Below, piece by piece: positions 10,580 through 22,700 of a stretch of 64,000 nucleotides of DNA. How positions within the stretch are numbered: the stretch's first letter is position 1; every line of letters starts with the position of its first letter. Made by a program: the position numbers and the translations under genes. The notes under the pieces were generated by a model. That model did no database searches and was not told the DNA's origin. It saw only the letters and a program-made list of their open reading frames with translations. Source of the stretch: a virus; the IMG/VR virus record IMGVR_UViG_3300013131_000036, positions 1-64,000 of that record; one strand, written 5' to 3'.

Positions 10580-13500
10580 ATGACATGCACCTATATCAAT
10601 ATAAGTGTAAAAAACTTTACCGGCTTGGAAGTTTTGAGCACATACACCCTTGATGTCACTCCTCTAACTTTTGTAGCGTCATTATCTTCCAATAATTTAC
10701 TTGTAAGTGACAAAAAAGGATTTTGGAATTTTGGGGACGGAACCATTTCAACAAGTCTTAGTACTGCCCACCATTATACTTGGCCTGGTGTGTATGATGT
10801 TACTTTTTATGCATATACAAGTGGCGGAAATGCAGTTCAGGCATGTCAGACCTTTCAAATAACCGCTTTTAATTACATAGGAGATTATATACAATCCACA
10901 TATTTGGATGATGAAAAAATTTCATCAGTTCAAAGCGGACAAGTTTCCGATGCCATAAAAATAAATAGGTTTAATTCTTGGCAATCTTTTCCATCGATTT
11001 CTGCCACCGGATATACAATTAATTTTTATGCAAGTGGAAGCAGATCAGATTATTTACAAATTGATAACTATTTAAAAGATCCTTGGGCACATTTACAGGC
11101 TTATTTCTTTTTTGTTCAAAAAGCAGATAATAGATTTGGAATTTTAAGTTCAGCCTCAACCACGGCCGATCCAATTTATGTTTATGTTTCCAATAACCAA
11201 ATTGTCGAAACAACATTTCCATATGAAGGAAGCACTTTGGCTGGAACAAGCGGCACGACCACAGTTTATTATGTTGATCAATATCCGAAAACTTTCACAT
11301 CCGAAGCTCCAATATTTTTGTTTGCTTCATTGGACACTTCAAAATTTGCTTCAAGGAATGAAACTCCAAATTTAAATTATACTGAAAATTTTTCAAATCT
11401 TTCTTATTTTAATTTTTCTTCATTGGTTATTCCCATAAAAAATCGTTATAATCCTGCACAAATTTTATCCATAACATCAAATGGAATCGATGGAGAGGGA
11501 TATGTGGACGATTCTTTTTATATCAACAAAATCAAATGGCAAAATTATCCAATTTCATTTTTTGTAAAACTAAAAGATTCTCAAAATTATAGCACAAAAC
11601 AATATCCTCTTTTGACTTTTAATAACACTTCTCAAGATTTTGATCTGTCATGCAATTTAATTTCAGTTTGTTCCCAAAAGGTTATCAATGATGTAGAATT
11701 TTATAAAAATAACAATGTAAAAAACATAACAAGAACCGGAGGATTTTATGCTGGATATTTTAAAAGTCCTTATGCCTTGGAAAATGTGGCACTTACCGCT
11801 TCTGTTACAGTGACAGATCCCCCATTTTTTGCTAAAGATTCACCTTATAGTTGGATTGGTCAGGGGTTGGATTCATATTCTATATCCATAACTTCCAATC
11901 AAGCAATTGCTTCAAACATTTATCGATACAATAAATTCAGAAATTATGATGCATGTGGTGACACCATTTCACTTCAATTAACGGCAAATAGCACTTCTCC
12001 TACTATTTTTTCCGGGGTTTTAAAAAATCCATTCGCAATAGCCGTAAGTCCGTCGGAAGACGATGCGATTTGGTTTGCAGATTCTGACAGGGATCGTGTT
12101 TATAAGCTAAAGAAAACTGGAGAAATACTGTTTAATATTGATCTTTCAAATGCACCAAGAATAGATGCTACGGGCAATATTGTTTATTATAATTATCAAG
12201 GAACCGTATCGGGCGCTACCCCATCTTCAATAGCGTTGGATGGCCAAGCAAATGCTTGGGTTACATTATACACTTCCGGTTCATGCATACGAATTCAAAG
12301 AGATACCGGATATGTGGATTCAGAGGCGTTCCCCCGATATCCTGATGCAAACTTTTCAATATTAAACACGTTTAGTGCCGGTCCCATTAATTCTTATCTG
12401 GGAGTTCCTGTTGAAATATTTTTTGAATATAACACACCTGCATTAAGCGGATTGTACGCAAACGAAAACACCGTTCTTCCCACTTGTATTGAAACCGATC
12501 TTGATAGCAACATTTGGGTGACTTATTCCAATCCATTAAAAGGATATTTGATAAAATTTGATCCAAATGGAAATTTCTTGGCAGCCAAAGAATTTCCCAC
12601 ATTGTTTAGTCCTCAACAATTATTAATTGACAGGGACAACAATCTTTACATGACTGTGATGACTTATCTGAAAAACAACTCCAGCATCACAAACCGAAAC
12701 GACTTTTTATACAAATACGAATCAAATACAGGAAATTTAAATTCCAATTATCCTTTGAGTGGATACAGTGGTTTGGGTCCTTTAGCGGTTGATAAAGATC
12801 AAAATATTTATGCTTTGTATAACAAACAAGACATTCTTCGGGTAAAAACAGGGGCAGACGCAACAACATTTTCCGTCGGAAGTGGGACTAATTTAACCAC
12901 CGAATATCAAAGTATTGAAGGAATTGCATGTGATACTGAAAATATTTTATGGGTTATTCATAATTTTGATAAAAAAATTTATTTGTACCCTTTAAATGAA
13001 TTTACGGTTCTGAATACTGTTGATGTTAATCGTATTAATACTGATGATGTTAATCCATGTAATCTCAGAGCATATGGAGATTGGACAGGTATGCGCTGGA
13101 TTAACAAATACTTTTACAATACCAGAACAAGAACACTCACAGGACAAAGCAGCACATTTAACATATACCCTGTCAGCGGAGCGTACGGAATTTCCAAAAT
13201 AAATGAAGATTTCAATGCAATTGAAAATATAAAATCATATGTTTTGCAGGAATCTTTACTTAATAAACACGTTTTATTTGACCAATTTTTGGGTCAAATA
13301 GTGGGAAACAACAAAAGCAAAATCAATTCTTTGGGGAAAAGAATCTATGAAAAAATATCAAACTTTGTTTTGAACAATTCCGATTTGGACGCGGATGAAC
13401 TAACAGCATTACAAAGCATGGAATCAATCATAGGAATTGATTTGGAAAATTACAATTTTCCATTTCCCCCGGATTTGCAAAGATTGATTAATCTTTTTTC

Positions 13501-14023
13501 AACTAAACTTTCTTATTTCAGAGGTTCAATAAACGAGTTTTCTTCGAATTATGATAAAAAACAAACCATATCCAATCCAAATTATGGAAAAAATCTTGGA
13601 TCGAAATTAAGTTGGTTTACATCCACGGTGCCAACATCAGGAAAGGTTGTGTTGTATGAAAGATTTGGTGAAGTGTATTCGGATGGAATACTGACAAATT
13701 ACGGCGTGTTGACCAATTCATTTTTATCTGGATCGACACAACTGGTACATTTGAGTGATGTAAATCCGTCATGGGGATGGCCCCTTGTTGTGGGAGACGA
13801 TGTTGTGGGAACTGAAGTTTCAAGATATTACGATGTTTATTCCTATAATGATGGAACAAACAATTTATTTTATAACAATTTGATTGATTGGACCGATGCC
13901 AAAACAACAATTTTGAAGACCACTAGTGCTTATTCAGAGTGGTTCGATTCAAATAACATCGTTGACAATATGATAAATTATCAACTTTCCCTGGGACTGG
14001 GACTATTGAGTGGAGCTAATTAA
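10580..14023 (+). CDS. Large virion protein with PKD domain and NHL/beta-propeller repeats (gp7 position)
   Basis: WNFGDG...HHYTWPGVYDVT (PKD) followed by IAVSP..DAIWFAD, IALDGQANAWV, IETDLDSNIWV and LAVDKDQNIY repeats. Confidence 0.65.
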   Translation: MTCTYINISVKNFTGLEVLSTYTLDVTPLTFVASLSSNNLLVSDKKGFWNFGDGTISTSLSTAHHYTWPGVYDVTFYAYTSGGNAVQACQTFQITAFNYIGDYIQSTYLDDEKISSVQSGQVSDAIKINRFNSWQSFPSISATGYTINFYASGSRSDYLQIDNYLKDPWAHLQAYFFFVQKADNRFGILSSASTTADPIYVYVSNNQIVETTFPYEGSTLAGTSGTTTVYYVDQYPKTFTSEAPIFLFASLDTSKFASRNETPNLNYTENFSNLSYFNFSSLVIPIKNRYNPAQILSITSNGIDGEGYVDDSFYINKIKWQNYPISFFVKLKDSQNYSTKQYPLLTFNNTSQDFDLSCNLISVCSQKVINDVEFYKNNNVKNITRTGGFYAGYFKSPYALENVALTASVTVTDPPFFAKDSPYSWIGQGLDSYSISITSNQAIASNIYRYNKFRNYDACGDTISLQLTANSTSPTIFSGVLKNPFAIAVSPSEDDAIWFADSDRDRVYKLKKTGEILFNIDLSNAPRIDATGNIVYYNYQGTVSGATPSSIALDGQANAWVTLYTSGSCIRIQRDTGYVDSEAFPRYPDANFSILNTFSAGPINSYLGVPVEIFFEYNTPALSGLYANENTVLPTCIETDLDSNIWVTYSNPLKGYLIKFDPNGNFLAAKEFPTLFSPQQLLIDRDNNLYMTVMTYLKNNSSITNRNDFLYKYESNTGNLNSNYPLSGYSGLGPLAVDKDQNIYALYNKQDILRVKTGADATTFSVGSGTNLTTEYQSIEGIACDTENILWVIHNFDKKIYLYPLNEFTVLNTVDVNRINTDDVNPCNLRAYGDWTGMRWINKYFYNTRTRTLTGQSSTFNIYPVSGAYGISKINEDFNAIENIKSYVLQESLLNKHVLFDQFLGQIVGNNKSKINSLGKRIYEKISNFVLNNSDLDADELTALQSMESIIGIDLENYNFPFPPDLQRLINLFSTKLSYFRGSINEFSSNYDKKQTISNPNYGKNLGSKLSWFTSTVPTSGKVVLYERFGEVYSDGILTNYGVLTNSFLSGSTQLVHLSDVNPSWGWPLVVGDDVVGTEVSRYYDVYSYNDGTNNLFYNNLIDWTDAKTTILKTTSAYSEWFDSNNIVDNMINYQLSLGLGLLSGAN

Positions 14024-14027
14024 TTAT

Positions 14028-16817
14028 ATGGCAACCGATTACACATTTTCAAATTTAGAAAAATATATTCCTAATAATTCCGTGCTAGATCCGGATTATT
14101 CAGGGGTACCGGGAGATTTTACATCAGCGTACTCATTAATTGAATGGCTTAAAAATCTGAAAATATCCAGCACAGATACATCGTCTTATATCACCAGTTA
14201 TAACAAATATCTTAATGATTGGTTTGATTATAAAAACGTAAAAAGCTCAGATAAGACGGCTTTTGTTCGGCTGCAATATATAAATTTGTTAAAAGAAATA
14301 AGCTTAAAATATTCTTCTTCTGATGAACGTAGATTTTTATCAAATCTAAATTTTGAAGATAATCAATCTTTGGATGTTGCCATTCCTTTTTTCACAAGAA
14401 AAATAAAAAAAATATGCCAATATTATGCTCAAAAACGAGACACGCTTTCCACAGGAGTTTTAAGATCAAATTTAAAAGGAAGTGATTTTGGGGTCGAAAC
14501 AATTGTTAAAAAAGCAATTGTATTAATACTACAAACCAATGAATTCGAACCCCTCGGCGTAAATCTTCCGCCCCTATCGTCGGTTTTACCTGATCTTCAC
14601 ATTCAGATTAATGATGCTTACGACAATCAACAATATTATTATGATATTCAGCCGGGATCGAAATATCAAACATATGGGGTTCAAGACCCCGAGCGTATAG
14701 AATTTTTTGGGATGGATGCAACTAAAATTGACAATACACCTGTATACAATTTACAGGAAGCAATCATCAATGCCATTGAATCTTATCCTTTCTTTATAAA
14801 AGAACTAGGCACCACCAATTTTACAATTAATTTTCAGCTTTCAACCACAAATTATTCATATTTGGACGGAAGAGACTTTAAAGATTATGATAATAATTCT
14901 AAACCCACAAACACAAATGTTTTTCAATATCAAAAACTTTATCAAAAAAACTTGGGAAATAAACTATTGGCATTGACCGGACAATATCTTTTGGATCCTT
15001 TAAGCGGATATGTGTTGATTCCGGATTTTCCCCATCAAAATATTCTTAATAGACGCTTTCCCACAATTGCACATGTTCCGGAAATAGTGCGGGCCCAGCG
15101 TGAAAAATATTTGGGCAATTTCTTTACTAAAGACAATTTAGGTCTTTTGTTTTGGAATACATATAAAAAAGAATATTCTTTTTCAAGACAATTATCTTCA
15201 GGTGAAGTGATACTGATTCCTGATCCAGAGGTGGGCGCAAATGCATCCGGACTTTCTTTGTATGATCAATCTCTTAGCGGAATAGATTATTCTGTTGATG
15301 TTCAATGGAACAGATACGATTGGTCAAATGATTATGCTTTTGGAAGAATTTATTCTGATCCTAAAATACACAAATTTTATCCTTATACAACAAAAACAGA
15401 AATATCAGAAGATAGCGATGAGGGAATTTCCAGAATAACCGATTATCAAGATTTTTGGAATGATCGTATAATTTGGAGAAATAAAGATGTTTTTGATTTT
15501 TTGGGGGATGATTTTTATCCTTTAGATGAACGTAAAAAATATCTTTTATATAATAAAGGTATTTTAAGCAAATATAAAACTGATATTTTTGGAAATCATT
15601 ATGGTTTATTTAAAAATTCTTTGACAGATAGCTATTCAGCGGTTTCTACGTCTTTGCAATACCCATCTGCCACGGATATTTTTTCCACAAATATAACAGC
15701 TTTAAGCTCTTTGTATGAAAAACAAAATTTACAAATCGGACAAGTTTATGTTCGTTTATATAATGATACCAATGTTTTACCATTAAGCACAGCATTAAGC
15801 GGAATTTTTATAAAATATCCAGCAGTTGTTAGAACAGAACTGCAAAATTATTTGTTGGATATGGATTTAATTTTCAACACAATAATTTTAGAAACACCCA
15901 ATTATGTCGTTTTGGATAAGATTAATTTTGATTTCGAAACAAACTCCTTCAATTCCATTTATACCAAAGAGACTTACTATAAAAAATACACGGAAAATTC
16001 TTCTTTAGAGAATTATTCCAATTTTTGGTACGATGATGAATACAAAAAAATATATTTAAATTTTTTAACTTTGTTTGAAACAAATTCTGCCAAAAGTGAA
16101 AAAATCCTTTATCCTAAAATTTTAGTGGCAGACATACAGGACTTAAAATTCTCAAATTTTTATCCGGAATTTGAGAATATCCGATCATTAAGTTCATTTG
16201 CGGTGAATTTAAGTTTTGAAAATTACAATTCAACTTACAATGACAGAAGTCTTTTAAATGTTCATCATGAATCCCAAATTTTAGGAATACTGGTAAAAAG
16301 TTACAATAATAATGGCGTTCCTTTGCTTCAAAATTACAAATTCAAGCGGGCATTCAAAGGATTAAGTTTAGACCAATTTTTGGTTCTTAAACCTTGTGGG
16401 TTTATTTATGACAGAAATTATAATGATATTATCAAGAAACAAACAGTCCGACATTCTTCATTTTATTCTTCAATAGTGGGAAATCAAAAAAATTTCAACA
16501 GTTTGGTGTGCACCACCTCCTCTTCAAATTATTATAATTATTATTACGCGGCCACAGAACCTTTGACGATTAGTTCGACGGTTTCTTCGTTTGTTTTATG
16601 CGATTCCACGCTTACAAATGTTTTTGCCATAACTGCTGGCAATAAAAATCTTAATTTGAGAGATGTATATGGAACTTTGGTATATGACTTTTCCGGCAAC
16701 AATCAGCATTATTTTACAACGATTAACGATTCCATAACCGCTCAAGATGGATCGAATGTTTTTTCGATCACATACGTGGCCAGCGGACAACATGTTATTT
16801 ACATAGATCCCAGATGA
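14028..16817 (+). CDS. Large hypothetical virion/baseplate protein
   Basis: About 929 aa, N/S/Y-rich, within the structural operon. Confidence 0.6.
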   Translation: MATDYTFSNLEKYIPNNSVLDPDYSGVPGDFTSAYSLIEWLKNLKISSTDTSSYITSYNKYLNDWFDYKNVKSSDKTAFVRLQYINLLKEISLKYSSSDERRFLSNLNFEDNQSLDVAIPFFTRKIKKICQYYAQKRDTLSTGVLRSNLKGSDFGVETIVKKAIVLILQTNEFEPLGVNLPPLSSVLPDLHIQINDAYDNQQYYYDIQPGSKYQTYGVQDPERIEFFGMDATKIDNTPVYNLQEAIINAIESYPFFIKELGTTNFTINFQLSTTNYSYLDGRDFKDYDNNSKPTNTNVFQYQKLYQKNLGNKLLALTGQYLLDPLSGYVLIPDFPHQNILNRRFPTIAHVPEIVRAQREKYLGNFFTKDNLGLLFWNTYKKEYSFSRQLSSGEVILIPDPEVGANASGLSLYDQSLSGIDYSVDVQWNRYDWSNDYAFGRIYSDPKIHKFYPYTTKTEISEDSDEGISRITDYQDFWNDRIIWRNKDVFDFLGDDFYPLDERKKYLLYNKGILSKYKTDIFGNHYGLFKNSLTDSYSAVSTSLQYPSATDIFSTNITALSSLYEKQNLQIGQVYVRLYNDTNVLPLSTALSGIFIKYPAVVRTELQNYLLDMDLIFNTIILETPNYVVLDKINFDFETNSFNSIYTKETYYKKYTENSSLENYSNFWYDDEYKKIYLNFLTLFETNSAKSEKILYPKILVADIQDLKFSNFYPEFENIRSLSSFAVNLSFENYNSTYNDRSLLNVHHESQILGILVKSYNNNGVPLLQNYKFKRAFKGLSLDQFLVLKPCGFIYDRNYNDIIKKQTVRHSSFYSSIVGNQKNFNSLVCTTSSSNYYNYYYAATEPLTISSTVSSFVLCDSTLTNVFAITAGNKNLNLRDVYGTLVYDFSGNNQHYFTTINDSITAQDGSNVFSITYVASGQHVIYIDPR

Positions 16818-16846
16818 CAAAAGAATTTAACAATTAAATAATTTAT

Positions 16847-18808
16847 ATGCAATTCAACAGAATATATAACGAAACCCCTTTTGATAGCCGTCATGACATA
16901 GCGGCTTCATTGACCTTTTCTGTATTCAATCCGGTTTCCTCATGTTCTGGTGGGATCAGCATGGTTTTTTATGAAGACTCTCTGATTTCACCCTATGGTG
17001 GCGGCCCTTCAGGTTCTCTGGGATATGCGCCATATACAGGATCTCCTGTATTTTCTCAATCCAATTATGAAGGTTTAAAGGGTGGATATTTGGGAATAGG
17101 ATTGGACATAACAGGAAATTTTTCTAAAAAAGGAGAAGGAAAAACTGACGGGGATTTTAAAAACAATCCGAACACGGTAGCAATAAGGGGCCCGGAAGCG
17201 AATGGTTATTCTCTTTTGACGGTAACAGAAAATCTTTCTTCTTTGTCAAACATAGTTTTGGGTCAAGGATACACAACAGAAGAAAATGCAATCTATCAAA
17301 CAATCCGTGTTGTTTTAACAGATCACGGTCGAAAAATTAAGGTTCAAAAAATGCAATCTCCTGATAATTTCATTACCATTGCTGAAACATACATCAACAA
17401 AAGAAAAAACACCGCTTATCGAGTTGCGTGTAATTTTGTTTCAAATGACAATACAACTGTTTTTAAAACAAAAGAATTTGATTGTTATGGATTTGAAAAT
17501 AAAATTGCCGACAACATTCTAGATTCAAATTTAGCAACATGTTTGCAATTTATAAAAACAAATGTTTTTAGTGTAGGACAAACAAGAAAATTATTCTTGG
17601 GTTCCAATAATTTGTTTTCAGAAATTGCGGGAAATAAATCGTTCTCCAATTACATTTTAACCACATCCATAACTGCTCCTTTTGATTTTAGACAAACCAT
17701 TGTTTATAATTTATCAACGGTTGAAAACTTTTTAGACAATTCAATTGATAATCTTCTTGTAAGAAACACCTTAAACAATTCTGTAGATATTTACAGAAAT
17801 TTAGGCAGAAACGTTGTAAAGGAATACACGGTTTATTCCACAAATGTTTCAGGATTTGGAATGCACGGAAGTTTGGATGGGGACTATCTCTATTTATCCA
17901 CTCTTTCTTCTGTTGAAATTTACAAAAGAAACAACTATGATTGGAACTATAATTCCAGAATAACAGGTCTTTCATCTGTTCCCACAAACATAAAATTTAA
18001 AAATGATAAAGGAATAGTTTCGTACATAGATGGGTCAGCAGAAATTTTTGAAAGGTCCGATTCCTTATCAAATTATTCAAGTGTTTTTTATCTTTCAGGA
18101 ATATCGAATGCTTTGGAAGGATTTGGATACTCTATAGCAATTGGAGATTATTTTGCTGCGATTAGTTCACCATACAAAACATGTTCTTATACATCCGACG
18201 GGGCGGTTTTTATCTTTACAAAAAACCCATCAACAAATTTATGGTCATATACATTGCAACTGTCTTCCGGTGATAATTTTAATGCAAATTTTGGAGCTGC
18301 TCTTACTATTTATAACAATATTTTTGCAGTAACAAGACCAGGAAATAGCGTATCTTTAAACAATAATGCCGGATTGATTGATATTTATAATTACTCTCAA
18401 TCCAACGAATCTTTGAGTTTTTCAAAGACATATCCCCCCATATCGCTCACACCAAATGTTTATTTGGGAACTCATATAGACATCAAGGGAAATATTCTGG
18501 CGGCCCGTTCCACAAACGGAATAAGCATTTTTAATTTAACTTGTGATCCGGCATATGTTCCACCTCCCGTTATTCCTCCTTGTGCAATTCAATTGCTCAC
18601 GCCTCTATCGGTTTCATATATAAGAAAAATAGATTTAAGCGGATATGTATTAACCATTCAATGTCCCAAGCCTCCAATCCTACCTTTGAGTGCTTATTGT
18701 GCAATGGTTGAAATTGTTAACAGCAGCATTCCTCTTTATTCCATAAATGGTTTTGATATTCTGAGTCCGATTTATTGCCCACCGTTGACGGGAGTTCCCA
18801 TAATATGA
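16847..18808 (+). CDS. Virion protein: legume-lectin-like domain plus FG-GAP-type propeller
   Basis: GGPSGSLGY...GGYLGIGLDITGNF...PNTVAIRG (L-lectin-like) and GFGYSIAI...SSP...GAVFIF repeats. Confidence 0.6.
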   Translation: MQFNRIYNETPFDSRHDIAASLTFSVFNPVSSCSGGISMVFYEDSLISPYGGGPSGSLGYAPYTGSPVFSQSNYEGLKGGYLGIGLDITGNFSKKGEGKTDGDFKNNPNTVAIRGPEANGYSLLTVTENLSSLSNIVLGQGYTTEENAIYQTIRVVLTDHGRKIKVQKMQSPDNFITIAETYINKRKNTAYRVACNFVSNDNTTVFKTKEFDCYGFENKIADNILDSNLATCLQFIKTNVFSVGQTRKLFLGSNNLFSEIAGNKSFSNYILTTSITAPFDFRQTIVYNLSTVENFLDNSIDNLLVRNTLNNSVDIYRNLGRNVVKEYTVYSTNVSGFGMHGSLDGDYLYLSTLSSVEIYKRNNYDWNYNSRITGLSSVPTNIKFKNDKGIVSYIDGSAEIFERSDSLSNYSSVFYLSGISNALEGFGYSIAIGDYFAAISSPYKTCSYTSDGAVFIFTKNPSTNLWSYTLQLSSGDNFNANFGAALTIYNNIFAVTRPGNSVSLNNNAGLIDIYNYSQSNESLSFSKTYPPISLTPNVYLGTHIDIKGNILAARSTNGISIFNLTCDPAYVPPPVIPPCAIQLLTPLSVSYIRKIDLSGYVLTIQCPKPPILPLSAYCAMVEIVNSSIPLYSINGFDILSPIYCPPLTGVPII

Positions 18809-19689
18809 AATATAATACGGCAATAATTTATCTTACAGCCGACGAAAATTTCGTCAGTTACGGCACAATTGACGGGTATGTTTACCAAGATCCTATTTTT
18901 GGCTATGGGTTTACATATACAAACACTCTTTGTTCCGGCACGTTTGCATCATTGAGCGCGTATCCCCCGCTTTCAGCGCTTCCTGTAAATGATTATACAA
19001 ACACATCAACATTTTCTGCTTCAGAAAATATAGTTATTCGTCGGCACGAACAAAATGAATTTCTTTTTATAGCCCCTATTATCATTACATATTCTTTATC
19101 AGGTGTTCAACAAACCTTTTATAAAATACAAAAGGTTTCTTCAAATTTAAATAATAATTTAGTAGAAACAAACGTTAATTTGGTTAATCCGACATTAACC
19201 ACAATAAAAAGCGTGTCGGGAACATATGAAACGACTAAAAACTTTTTGGAATCATACAGTGCAAGTATCAGTTGTTATCGGGAAAATTTTTATGTTGATG
19301 TTTTTGTTATTCATTTAAGTTGCACACAACCCAGTATCATAGATCCTGTTTTGGATTATAAAATTTTAAATTATCAATTGTTGGATGATGCAAGAAATTA
19401 TTTGTTGACGCTTCAAGGATATAACATGTTAAATGTCCATTACGGAGTTTTAGGAACCGGTGATTATCTGTTCAACGCACCTCCTATAATAAGACCGGAA
19501 CTTCCCCCCCTTGAATTTGCAATTACAATTTTACCTGCCATAACTTCCGAGCCAATTTATCCGGTCATACCTCCTTTGAGTGCTTATTGTGCATTAATAA
19601 CAATTTTAAACAATGAACTATTGATAGGTGTTAATGTATTCAATCCAACTTATTTGGTTCCAATAAGTTGTGTTGCCCCGATATATTAA
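18805..19689 (+). CDS. Hypothetical virion protein
   Basis: Start at ATG 18805 overlapping the previous stop; shares a C-terminal module with the upstream gene. Confidence 0.6.
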   Translation: MKYNTAIIYLTADENFVSYGTIDGYVYQDPIFGYGFTYTNTLCSGTFASLSAYPPLSALPVNDYTNTSTFSASENIVIRRHEQNEFLFIAPIIITYSLSGVQQTFYKIQKVSSNLNNNLVETNVNLVNPTLTTIKSVSGTYETTKNFLESYSASISCYRENFYVDVFVIHLSCTQPSIIDPVLDYKILNYQLLDDARNYLLTLQGYNMLNVHYGVLGTGDYLFNAPPIIRPELPPLEFAITILPAITSEPIYPVIPPLSAYCALITILNNELLIGVNVFNPTYLVPISCVAPIY

Positions 19690-19700
19690 TAAATATTTTT

Positions 19701-22700
19701 ATGCCTGTAAAATCATTTGATGACAATAATTGGTCGAACATGGAAGTTTTTTATGTTCAGGACAATGATTTACAAACCCATCAACAAAGAATATTCAGTG
19801 ATTCTTGCATAAATTTCGTATATCCTGAATTGTTTTCAAAAACATTTGACCAAAAAAATAATAATTATTCCACGATTGCTTTAACATCTTCAATTGGATT
19901 TTTAAAAGAATTTTCATTAACAAATCCAAATCAAACTGGAAACGGTTTTGTCACTACTATCAGCAATGGTTTGGCCAGCGTAAAAGACACGGCGCAACGT
20001 TTTTGGGCCATATCACCGATAGTTTCATCCAATTATATGGATATAACCACAAATAATTTTTTCGGAGGAAAAAATTCCAATTATTATTTTGAAGTAGATT
20101 TCTTGCCAAACAATCTTTGCAGAGTTTCACACGAATATTACAATGTAAGATATTATTTAAATGTAAATTTTCTTACCAATCGTGTTTATCTGCTTTCATC
20201 CACAACTGACATTTACAACACAAACAGCCTGTATCATCAGGCTTTCGAATACATTTTAGATGCAACCAACAATTGCATGGCTTTGTTTTACAGAAAAAAC
20301 AACAATGTTTATACATTAGTAAGGGAAAGTTCCTCTTTAGGATTTGTTCCTTTGACAGGAAGTGATGTTCAATTAACCCCGCAGAATACATTTAATATTT
20401 TGCCAATAAAATTTAATCTTTTGGATTCTCTTTCATCCAGATGGTTTTCATATACAAAACAATTTGATACGAACAATTTAAATGTGGATTGTTCGCAATC
20501 AGAAATAATAAAAAACCAAGTCATATTTCATAGTGAATTTAACAACATATCCTCTGAACGAATTCCTTATAATTTTATAACAGAAAAAAACAACTTAACT
20601 CCCCAATCTGAGAATGTTTCATACGGTGAAAATAAAGAACTTAGAAAATATGTATCTTTAAACACAGGATCATTTCAGGAAAAGGGAAATCTAAAATTTT
20701 CTCAGAATTACCAAAGCAAAATAAACGAATACAGGTTTGAACCGGGAAGATTGACTTACTTCCATACATCTTTGGATATGGGTGAATATAATTTCATCAA
20801 CATCAATGATTCAAAATTAGCCGAATCCGGGGCGGTTTATTCAAATACTCCTGAATTTTCCGATAAAATATGGAAAAAAAATGCAGATTATAAAAATACG
20901 TCAAATCAGGGGAATCCTCGGGGGGAAATTAACGGTACCTGGCTTTGCTCATGGTTGAGCGGTTCTTCAAATCCCAATACACGTCCTGTCTGGTATGATC
21001 GATATTTTTTACCGAATAAAACAACACGGCAATTGGCTTTTTCGGCCAATGATGTTTTTGCATATGAAAGTTATTATGATTGTATAACAAAACAATTGAA
21101 TGTTCCGTCAGAAATTTTTGATATAAAAAGTCAATTAACGTTTGAACCTTATACTCTTTATGCGTATTATAGAATAGGAAAACAGGATATTGATGAATAT
21201 ATAAATAAAAACGATTCTTCAGTTCTTTTTAATGGAATCGATCAATATTTGCAAACAAACGGCACTGTGTTGGCTCCTTCAAACGGTGTTTATAAATTTT
21301 TGGGAAATGTGTATGCGATAAATGAAACAATTAATAGTAAAAATTTTGATAATCGATTCACATTTTTCTTTACAATAGGAAGCAAAGATTTTCGTGTGCC
21401 ATTTGGACATGAAATCGTTGGTAATTACAAAAATACCGGCATAGGAATTTATTCTGACCGGGCAGTGACCCCTTTTGTTCGGACTATTGACGGAAACAAA
21501 GTAAAAATTTACAATTCAGAATGGAGTTTAATAGACACAATAGAATTTAACAAGCCCATTTTAGACCTTGTTCAAATTGAAAGTCTGGATGATTATTTTG
21601 TTTTGGACAATTCAGGCGAACTTTTTCAAATAAATTCTCAAAACACAATTACAGACAGTTCCCAGTACAATCCCCTTTCATCAACTATATCGCATTTTTC
21701 CGATGCAACAAGCACATATTTCTTGGTATCACCAGTGGGTGACTTTGTTTCTTACAACCGAAAAACAGAAAAATTTGATTATAATGATCTGGTTAAACAA
21801 TATTCCACAACTCCCATGGTAAGTGCCAAATCTTTGAAAAAAATAGGAAATGCGATTTATATATTGGATGGGGGCGATTCAGAAATACGTGACCAAGTTA
21901 GAATTTTTTACAATTCAAACGGAGAAATAAAAGAATGGAACGTTTCTAGCAATAATATTGAAACCCGCATTTACAATAGTAGCGGGGCCATAACTACATT
22001 TACAATTGATAATGATTTGAACTTTTTTATATTCGATAACAATTCAACCTGTTATGTCCACAATTCTGCCGGATTCGTTATCAATTCATTTAAATTACCC
22101 GTAAGTGCTCAAAATGTAATTGCCAGTGATTATTGTTCAACTTACGTGGCAGGAGAAAATATTTCCACAGTTTATGCCATATGTTCAACAACCAACACAA
22201 CAGGATCAGTGGCTTTGATAGACACAAAAACATTTGAAGCAAATGAAAACGTAATTACATTGGATTATCCTGTTTCCGCTTGTTTTACTGTTCCCACCAC
22301 AAATTCAGTTTATAATCATGAAATTATAAACCAAACATATCCCAAAAATGGGTTGACCATAAGAATCAATCTTCCGAATGTGTATCCGTCCGAATCTTCA
22401 GAGGAATTAAACCTTTCTTTTGACATAAACCAATTAAATTTTGGTTATCATCAGTTTGCCTTATCATTTGATTCTGTAAAAGGAAATTGTGTTTTATTTG
22501 TGGATGGTCAAATCGCGACATCAAAAACCTTCAGCCCCGGAAAATACACATTAAGTGAAATTATCAGTGAACCTTTTACATATGGAACCACTCAATATTT
22601 TGCCGGAATTAATTTGTATGATAAATTAAAAATAGAAAATGCATTCACAGTCAAAAACATGGATATTCGTGATGTGTTTTTCTTCACGAAAGCTTTGGAT